Of a DNA stretch of 64,000 bases, positions 57,507 to 64,000 are shown piece by piece. Source of the stretch: Dehalococcoidia bacterium (lineage in GTDB: Bacteria; Chloroflexota; Dehalococcoidia; Bin125); the NCBI GenBank assembly GCA_963662615.2, contig CAXXSR010000001.1, positions 928,001-992,000 on the forward strand, read 5' to 3'. The notes below the pieces were generated by a model. The model did not search any database, was not told the DNA's origin, and saw only the letters and a list, made by a program, of their open reading frames with translations. Numbering within the stretch: the stretch's first letter is position 1; each line of letters begins with the position of its first letter. The position numbers were made by a program, and so were the translations under genes.

Positions 57507-58338
57507 CGGCAACTGGGCGCACCCCGAACTTCTCTGCGACACCGATTGGCTGGCGCAGCGCTTGGACGACCCCGGCGTCGTCGTCGTTGATTGCGACCTG
57601 CTCCCGGCCTACCTGCGCCTGCACATCCCCGGCGCCGTCTCGTCGCTGTCGCGCTACTGGAAGCGCGGCGGCACTGATACCGACCTTTACGGCATGGACG
57701 ACGCCGATGAGTTCGCCGGGATGATGGGCCGTATGGGCGTGAGCAACGACGCCACCGTCGTCGCCTATGACGGCTCCGGCGGCCTCTACGCCACCCGGCT
57801 CTGGTGGACACTGGACCGCTTCGGCTTCAGCAACTTTCGTTTGCTCGACGGCGGCATGGACAAGTGGCACGCCGAGGGCCGCCCGCTCTCGCGCGAGAAC
57901 GTCCGCCCGCAGCCGGTCACGTTCAGGGCGAAGCCGGTCGATACGCGCTGGACCTGCACCCTCTCCGACATCCCTGCCCACATTGCCAATGAGCAAAACC
58001 TGTTCTGGGACGTCCGCTCCGACGCCGAGTGGACCGGCGCCAACAAGCGCGGCACTCAGCGCGGCGGCCGCATCCCTGGGGCGGCGCACCTGGAATGGCT
58101 GGACGTGCTGGACCGCCCCGTGCGCACGCTGAAGCCGCCGGACGAGCTGCGCCGCACGCTGTCGGATCTGGGCATCACGCCGGACAAAGCCGTCACGACC
58201 TATTGACAGGGCGGCATCCGTGCGTCGCACGGCCTGTTCCTGCTGCGGCTCCTGGGCTACGACAACGCCCGCATGTACGACGCCTCCTGGGGCGAATACG
58301 GCAACGCCCTCGATCACGCCATCGAGAGGGAGACCTAG
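57499..58338 (+). CDS. Selenocysteine-containing tandem rhodanese/sulfurtransferase
   Basis: HIPGA, LDGG, GRIPGA, VTTY-U-QGGIRAS (UGA 58204-58206 at the catalytic Cys), YDASWGEY after the UGA; downstream hairpin. Confidence 0.88.
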
Positions 58339-58377
58339 GCCCGCCTAGCGCTATCCTCCCTCCGTTGGGGGTCAGAC

Positions 58378-58977
58378 ATGCGCTTGCTGGCGCTGGCCAC
58401 AAGTGCTGCAGCCGCCCTTATCACTGCTTGTGGCGGAGAGAGCAACGATGACCTCGAGCGACGTATCGCCGCGCTCGAAGCACAGCCACAGATGGGGAAT
58501 CTCATCGTGGTGGGCAAGGAGATGAATGTGCTGGGCGCCGCTGCCGAAGTCTGCGTCCGATACCGGGTCTTCGAAGCGACAGACGAGACATGCCAGCTTC
58601 TAGGTCAGGCTCAACTGGACTGTTCTCGAGAAGCGCGGATCGGCGAGCCGCTTCCCGAATGCTGGAGGGGCGGGGTCGCAAATGACAAGCCGGATCTGTC
58701 TGGACTAGTTGAGGCCAACGTGACCACGTGTGAAACCGAAGAGCGCGGCTTCCCGGAGGCAGTGGGCACGGTCCGTAACAATTCTGAGGACATCGTTGAT
58801 GTGATCATCGACATCCAGTTTCTCGGTCGCTCTGGATTTGTGGTGGCAAACCAGTCGGATGAAGTCCGCGGCCTGCGGCCAAACCAGGTTGGTGAATGGC
58901 GAGGAAGTCCGTACGTCAGGGTCGGGTGGACGTCGTGCGAGCCTCAGATAGGCCGCGTGGTGCCGTCACGTCGCTGA
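58378..58977 (+). CDS. Hypothetical lipoprotein
   Basis: ITAC lipobox; C-terminal GTVRNN (FxLYD-like); visibly lower GC than its neighbours. Confidence 0.65.
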   Translation: MRLLALATSAAAALITACGGESNDDLERRIAALEAQPQMGNLIVVGKEMNVLGAAAEVCVRYRVFEATDETCQLLGQAQLDCSREARIGEPLPECWRGGVANDKPDLSGLVEANVTTCETEERGFPEAVGTVRNNSEDIVDVIIDIQFLGRSGFVVANQSDEVRGLRPNQVGEWRGSPYVRVGWTSCEPQIGRVVPSRR

Positions 58978-58994
58978 GGGCGTCGCCACTCTCG

Positions 58995-59630
58995 TCACTC
59001 CGACGATACGCCCTGCGCGGCGGTGACGATGAGGTCCGCGGCCTGCTGCATGTCCAGGACGTCAGTGTTGATGACGAGGTCGTAGTGGGTGGGGCGCTCT
59101 TCCTCCACCTTGTAAAAGCGCTTGAGATAGTCGCGGCGCTCGCGGTCGGAGCTGGCCACCGCCTTCTTGGCGCCTCCCTCACTGAGCTGGGTCGCGTGCA
59201 TGAGTCGCTGCATCCTGGTCTCCGGCGACGCCGTCACGAAGACGCGCAGGAGGCCCGGTTTCCCCGCCAGCGCCATGCTGGCGGCGTGGGCGATGATCAC
59301 CACCCGACGGTCGTCCGCCGTCTCGCAGACGACCTGCTCAATGAGCCTCTCAGCACGCGGCGGCGGCGGATCTGTCATGCGCCTCTGCACGCTGGCGCCG
59401 GTCGGGTCGACCGGCATCGCGCTGGTGATCACGTCGACGATGCGGTCAACCAGCGGCTTCGAGTGCTCGGCCGCCGCGATCTCGGCAGGGGAGACGCGGG
59501 CCCTGTCCGCCGCCTTCAGGACGATCTCATCGTCCACGTAGCGGTAGCGAAGCCGTCGCGCGACCGCGCGGCCAATCTCTTCGCCGCCGGCCGCGACCGA
59601 TCGCGAGATGCAAACGATGTCGTACGCCAT
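58995..59630 (-). CDS. Cytidylate kinase-like family protein
   Basis: ISRSVAAGGEEIG, DRERRDYLKRFY, YDLVINT. Confidence 0.85.
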   Translation of the reverse strand: MAYDIVCISRSVAAGGEEIGRAVARRLRYRYVDDEIVLKAADRARVSPAEIAAAEHSKPLVDRIVDVITSAMPVDPTGASVQRRMTDPPPPRAERLIEQVVCETADDRRVVIIAHAASMALAGKPGLLRVFVTASPETRMQRLMHATQLSEGGAKKAVASSDRERRDYLKRFYKVEEERPTHYDLVINTDVLDMQQAADLIVTAAQGVSSE

Positions 59631-59701
59631 CGATCCCCTCCTTCGCCCGCTGACCGTCGCCGCAGCGGGCCGGAACCGCGACGAGACGGAGCCGTCGCCC
59701 C

Positions 59702-61315
59702 CTACTCCCCACCCAGGCGAAAGCGCGTCGCGGCGGGCTCTTTGGGCAGGCCGGGCATGGTCATGATCTCCCCGGCGATGACCACCAAGAAACCGGCCCC
59801 CGCCGAGGCGCGCACCTCGCGCACTCGGAACTCGAACCCCTGGGGACGGCCCAACAGCGCCGGATCGTCGGAGAGCGAGTACTGCGTCTTGGCGACGCAG
59901 ATCGGCAGCTCCTCCAGCCCCAGCCGCTTCATCCGACGCAGGGTGAGTTGCGCGGGCCGGAGGTAGCTCACCGACCCCGCGCCGTAGACCTCCCGCGCCA
60001 CCGTCTCAATCTTTTCCGCGATCGGCTGCTCCAGGTCGTAGAGGGGGCGGAGGGTCGCGTCGCCATCGTCCAAGGCAGATCGCACGGCCTCGCCCAGCGC
60101 CATGCAGGCCGCGCCGCCGCCGCCGAACGGGTCCGCCTCCGCCACCCGCACGTCGCGCCCTTGGCAGTGCCGGACCACCGTTGCGATCTCCGCGTCGCTG
60201 TCGGCGGGGAAGCGGTTGACCGCCACCACCGGCGTGACGCCGTGGCGCTGGACGTTGTCGATGTGCGCGTCCAAATTCGCCAGCCCCTGCTCGACCGCGC
60301 CCACGTTTTCCGCCTCCAGCTCCTTCGCATCGACGCCGCCGTGGCGCTTCAACGCCCGCACCGTCGCCACGATCACCGCCGCGTCGGGCCGCAGCCCGCC
60401 GAGTCGCGAGACCACGTTGAAGAACTTCTCCGCGCCCAGGTCCGAGCCGAAGCCGCACTCCGTGATCACGACGTCCGACGTGGCCAGCGCCGCTTTGGTG
60501 GCGATGATGCTGTTGCAGCCCAAGGCGATGTTGGCGAAGGGGCCGCCGTGCACGAGCGCCGGTCCCCCCTCACTGGTCTGCACCAGGTTGGGCTGCAGCG
60601 CCCCCTGCAGCAGCACCGTCATGGCCGTGTCGACGCCGATGTCGCGGCAGACGACCGGTTCGATGTCGCGGGTGTAGCCCACGATCACATCGCCGAGCCG
60701 GCGCTGGAGGTCCTCCAGATCGCTCGTCACGGAGAGGACCGCCATGACCTCGGAGGCGGGCGTGATGTCGAAGCCCTCCTCGCGCGGGATGCCGTCCGTC
60801 GTGCCGCCCATGCCGATCACGATCTGGCGCAACGCGCGGTCGTTCATGTCCAAGCATCGCCGCCAGGTGATCCGTCGGGGGTCGAGGCCGTGGGGATTGC
60901 CGTGGAAGAGCGAATTGTCGACAGCTGCGGCCAGGAGGTTGTTGGCCGCGGTGACGGCGTGCATATCGCCCGTGAAGTGCAGGTTGATCTCGTCGGCCGG
61001 CAGCACCTGCGATCCCCCGCCGCCGGTGCCGCCACCCTTGATGCCCATCACGGGGCCCATGGACGGCTCCCGCAGCGCCACCGTCGCCTTGACGCCTTGC
61101 CGTCGCAGCGCCTGCGTCAGGCCAATGGAGGTCGTCGTCTTGCCCTCGCCGGCCGTCGTCGGCGTGATGCCGGTCACCAGGACGAGCCGGCCCGGGTCGG
61201 CGTCGCGCAAGCGCAGCACGGTGGCCGGTGTCAGCTTGGCCTTGTAGCGGCCGAACAGTTCCAGATCATCGGCCGCCAATTCCAGGTCGGCGGCCACCTG
61301 CTCGATCGGGCGCAT
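59702..61315 (-). CDS. fhs: Formate--tetrahydrofolate ligase
   Basis: TPTTAGEGKTT, GIKGG, INLHFTGD, HGGPFANIA, GAEKF, AKTQYSLSD, MTMPGLP. Confidence 0.97.
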   Translation of the reverse strand: MRPIEQVAADLELAADDLELFGRYKAKLTPATVLRLRDADPGRLVLVTGITPTTAGEGKTTTSIGLTQALRRQGVKATVALREPSMGPVMGIKGGGTGGGGSQVLPADEINLHFTGDMHAVTAANNLLAAAVDNSLFHGNPHGLDPRRITWRRCLDMNDRALRQIVIGMGGTTDGIPREEGFDITPASEVMAVLSVTSDLEDLQRRLGDVIVGYTRDIEPVVCRDIGVDTAMTVLLQGALQPNLVQTSEGGPALVHGGPFANIALGCNSIIATKAALATSDVVITECGFGSDLGAEKFFNVVSRLGGLRPDAAVIVATVRALKRHGGVDAKELEAENVGAVEQGLANLDAHIDNVQRHGVTPVVAVNRFPADSDAEIATVVRHCQGRDVRVAEADPFGGGGAACMALGEAVRSALDDGDATLRPLYDLEQPIAEKIETVAREVYGAGSVSYLRPAQLTLRRMKRLGLEELPICVAKTQYSLSDDPALLGRPQGFEFRVREVRASAGAGFLVVIAGEIMTMPGLPKEPAATRFRLGGE

Positions 61316-61417
61316 GGTCCCTCCCCCGCTGAGCCCGGCTCCTGCATTGCGCTCGTGACGGCTCAAGCTGTGCGAGGCTACAGGATTCGACGGGGAGGAT
61401 GAGCGCGCGCGCTGGCG

Positions 61418-61930
61418 CTAGCGGCGTTCGGCCTCGAATTGCACATCGGTGATCTTGCGCGAATTCGCGATCAACGACACGTTCCAGTGGCCCGCCTCTG
61501 GGACCGTCACGGGGATCACGGCCACGATCCAGGGCGGCGTCACCGCTACCTCGAAATCGCTGCGCTGCTGAAAGGCCGTGCCCACGCGCTTGTGCAGGCG
61601 CACCCGCACCGACGGCGCGTCAAGGGGGCGGGGTACCTCCAGGCGCACGAACAGCTGCTCGCCCACCGCCACGGGTCCGTCTACCGGCACGAGCACCGGC
61701 TTGTCGGGGTCCGACTCATCGACGGCGATGGCGAGCGTGGCGGTGCCGCCGGCACCCCCCAGCCCGCAGGCCCCCGCCGCCAAAGCCGCCGCCAGTGCGA
61801 GGAAGGCGATGTAGCAACGAGCCCTGAGGATGGCCGCCATCACGCCGAGTGGCATCGTCCCAAGTGCCGTCGCGCCGATTGGCATTGCGCCGAGTGGCAT
61901 TGCGCCGAGTGGCATTGCGCCGAGTGGCAT
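61418..61930 (-). CDS. Hypothetical lipoprotein with N-terminal MPLGA repeats
   Basis: LAAGAC lipobox; TATACT 7 nt before the ATG at 61930; alternative start 61840. Confidence 0.6.
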   Translation of the reverse strand: MPLGAMPLGAMPLGAMPIGATALGTMPLGVMAAILRARCYIAFLALAAALAAGACGLGGAGGTATLAIAVDESDPDKPVLVPVDGPVAVGEQLFVRLEVPRPLDAPSVRVRLHKRVGTAFQQRSDFEVAVTPPWIVAVIPVTVPEAGHWNVSLIANSRKITDVQFEAERR

Positions 61931-61940
61931 TGCGCCGAGT
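61841..61940. repeat. 15-bp tandem repeat x6.7 containing a start codon
   Basis: TGCGCCGAGTGGCAT units, degenerating leftward. Confidence 0.88.
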
Positions 61941-61996
61941 ATAGTTGCGCTCGGCGGCGGGCTCTCTCGCGCCGCTCCGGCCCGACAGGTGCAGCC

Positions 61997-63340
61997 ATGG
62001 GCGCGGCCCGATCGTACGCGGAGGTCGTGGCGCTGCTCGCGGCCACTGCGGACGAGGACGCGGAAGAGGACCGAGGGCCCCGGCCGCTCGCGACGTCTGC
62101 CACCGTCTGCCTCGTCGTCGGCGATGCGGGCGTCGGCAGCATCGCGACTGTGTTGAGCGCACTGCTGGGCGCCGCCGGATACAGGACGGTCCACGTCGCC
62201 AGCCGTCACATCCACCGCTGGCACGAGCGCATTCGCCTGAACGGGCGACCGCTGGAGCCGGAGCCGTTCGCTCTCGCCATCGACGCCGCTTTCGAAGGCG
62301 CAGCTCGCCGCCAGGGGCTCTCCGCGCAGGAGGCCGTGCTGCGTGCGGGGATGACCATCGCAGACGGTCTGGCCGATAGTCTGGCGGACGGTCTGGCGAC
62401 CGGTCTGGCGGCAGGCGAGGGCGCGGGGGTCTGCTTGGTCCTGGAAGCGCCGATCCTTCCTCCGGAAGGACCGCCGATTCGCCCGGCCCCGCCGCAGCCC
62501 GCGATGGTCGTCCTGGCCCCTGCGACGTCCCCGCGCTGGATCGAGACGCGCTTGCCGTCCGCCCTCGCCGCGGCGTCAACGGTCGTGCTGGCGCCGCAGC
62601 GCGAGTCGGTGGCGGCGGCCGCGCGTGCCGCGGTGGCCGCCAGCGGCGTCGCGCTGCACGAGGCGGCCGTCGCCTGCCGGATGGGACGGGCGAGCACGGG
62701 TCTGGACGGCCAGCGCTTCACGACGCAGACGCCGCGCGGCCGTTACACGGTGGCACTCCCGTTGCTCGGCGCGCAGCAGCGGGCGAACTTCGTCACGGCG
62801 CTGCTGGCGGCCGAGCAGATCGCCCAGGAGGGCCTGAACGCTGCGGCGGTCGCGAAGGCGATCGCCGATGTCTCCTTGCCGCTTCGCTTTGAGATCATCA
62901 AGAGGTCGCCGTTGGTCGTGCTGGACGGCGCCGACGATCCGGCCGGCTATCGGGCCCTCCAGAGTGTCGCGGCGGAGATCTTCGGGCGCTTACGTTTGGT
63001 GATCGTGGCCACCGTCGACGCCGCCGTACCCCACGACGCCCTAACCGAAGCGATCGAGGCGATCCCTGCCGAGGTTCGCATCGCCTTCCCGCCGCCCGAC
63101 AGGGCCGTGGCCGAACGAGTGGCGCAGCGGCTGCGCGACCGCGGCATCGGCGCGCAGTTGTGGGGCGCGCCGGGTCCCGCGCTCGTGGACGCCGTCGATA
63201 GCGCCGGCCCGCGCGATGGCGTACTCGTTTTCGGCTCCCTGTCGGGGACGGCCGAGGCGCGAGCCTGGCTGCTGGGGATCGAGCAGGAACAGCGGCCGAG
63301 CCCGCGAACGACGGGCGTCAGCGGCTATTCCTGCGGATAG
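61997..63340 (+). CDS. FolC/Mur ligase-like protein with a degenerate P-loop
   Basis: AAGYRT...ERIRLNG, LPLLGAQQRAN, LRFEII..PLVVLDGA, VLVFGSL. Confidence 0.75.
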   Translation: MGAARSYAEVVALLAATADEDAEEDRGPRPLATSATVCLVVGDAGVGSIATVLSALLGAAGYRTVHVASRHIHRWHERIRLNGRPLEPEPFALAIDAAFEGAARRQGLSAQEAVLRAGMTIADGLADSLADGLATGLAAGEGAGVCLVLEAPILPPEGPPIRPAPPQPAMVVLAPATSPRWIETRLPSALAAASTVVLAPQRESVAAAARAAVAASGVALHEAAVACRMGRASTGLDGQRFTTQTPRGRYTVALPLLGAQQRANFVTALLAAEQIAQEGLNAAAVAKAIADVSLPLRFEIIKRSPLVVLDGADDPAGYRALQSVAAEIFGRLRLVIVATVDAAVPHDALTEAIEAIPAEVRIAFPPPDRAVAERVAQRLRDRGIGAQLWGAPGPALVDAVDSAGPRDGVLVFGSLSGTAEARAWLLGIEQEQRPSPRTTGVSGYSCG

Positions 63341-63846
63341 CGCCAGGGCCGCGCGGGCTGCTCGGCCTCTTCGTCCAGCGTCCACATGGGCAGCGACAGC
63401 CCCTCCACGACGTCCTTGAAGACCATCCGCACGCGGCTGCCGATGCCGACCCGAGCTACCAGCTCCGGGGGAGCGAACTCGCCCTCCGGGGTGACCAGAT
63501 TTCCGGCCACCCGCAAGGCGATGTCCTGTTCTGGGACGCCCTTCTGTGTGTCCAGATCCACCAGCGGGATCATGTAGGGCGTGTGCTCCTTCAGCCCTGA
63601 CTGAATGGCGTGGTGGACCTCGCCGTAGGAGTGCACCTCGCCCCGGCCGTCAACGCGCTCCCACCCAAATTCGGCGCCGGCGCACCAGGGGCAGGCGCTC
63701 CGAGGCGGGAAGCAGAGCAGGTTGCAGGCCTGGCAGCGCTGGAGATGAAAGTCGTGCTGGGCGCAGTAGCCGAAATAGGTCAGGTTCTCCGTGTCCAGGT
63801 CGCTGATGCTCAGGCTCATCCCCAGATACTCGGTGTCAATGGCCAT
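63325..63846 (-). CDS. DUF35 Zn-ribbon/OB-fold protein (ChsH2-like)
   Basis: LQRCQAC...PPRSACPWC, GRGEVHSY, IGSRVRMVF. Confidence 0.88.
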   Translation of the reverse strand: MAIDTEYLGMSLSISDLDTENLTYFGYCAQHDFHLQRCQACNLLCFPPRSACPWCAGAEFGWERVDGRGEVHSYGEVHHAIQSGLKEHTPYMIPLVDLDTQKGVPEQDIALRVAGNLVTPEGEFAPPELVARVGIGSRVRMVFKDVVEGLSLPMWTLDEEAEQPARPWRYPQE

Positions 63847-63874
63847 GATCACACCCCTTCGCTGCTCGCCGTGC

Positions 63875-64000
63875 CTAGCCGCGACGCAGCACCATTGACG
63901 ACGCCGCCGCCGGGTAGGCCCAGCCCAGATTGACGGTGAGGTTGACGTCGCGGACCTGCCGGCAGGCGCCCGGCGTCTCGTAGTCGAAGCTGTGCTCGCG
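63875..64000 (-). CDS. Thiolase-like protein C-terminus (partial)
   Basis: ...GACRQVRDVNLTVNLGWAYPAAASSMVLRRG*; upstream of DUF35, the usual thiolase partner. Confidence 0.6.
   Translation of the reverse strand, partial: REHSFDYETPGACRQVRDVNLTVNLGWAYPAAASSMVLRRG

Noticed and set aside
61316-61400. THF or ZTP riboswitch upstream of fhs
   Set aside because: Only a short TGAGCC/GGCTCA hairpin; consensus motifs not seen
62361-62411. 12-bp coding repeat (ADGL/ADSL/ADGL/ATGL) in the FolC-like gene
   Set aside because: Short in-frame slippage in a variable loop; not informative on its own

Overview
GC-rich bacterial window, most consistent with Chloroflexota/Dehalococcoidia (inference from the tmRNA tag GEKEFALAA, GAAC-N4-GTTC SOS boxes, and LLM-F420, CaiB and HAD paralog content). 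The left ~13.8 kb is accessory DNA ending at the tmRNA 3' end: two direct copies of a decayed IS3-family element flank a trehalose-phosphatase/GH65 pair, followed by pseudogene debris and an XRE / HExxH peptidase / large serine recombinase module whose recombinase ORF reads into antisense ssrA. The rest is core-like and includes smpB, ctpA, dinB, SRAP, malic enzyme and fhs. Highlights not shown by the ORF track: (1) a ~435-nt, multibranched, apparently non-coding structured RNA at 52.53-52.96 kb that matches no family I recognise; (2) a candidate sphingolipid operon (AUR1/IPC-synthase-like, SPT-like, reductase, HAD, SRPBCC); (3) a LexA-boxed promoter driving two unknown Zn-binding microproteins upstream of SRAP; (4) two selenoproteins with in-frame UGA plus a hairpin; (5) two intact but catalytically degenerate enzymes (DAHP synthase, FolC); (6) an almost pure A:T<->C:G substitution spectrum between the IS copies; (7) recurrent 13-26 bp tandem duplications centred on stop or start codons. 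All calls are by eye; no searches or folding programs were run.
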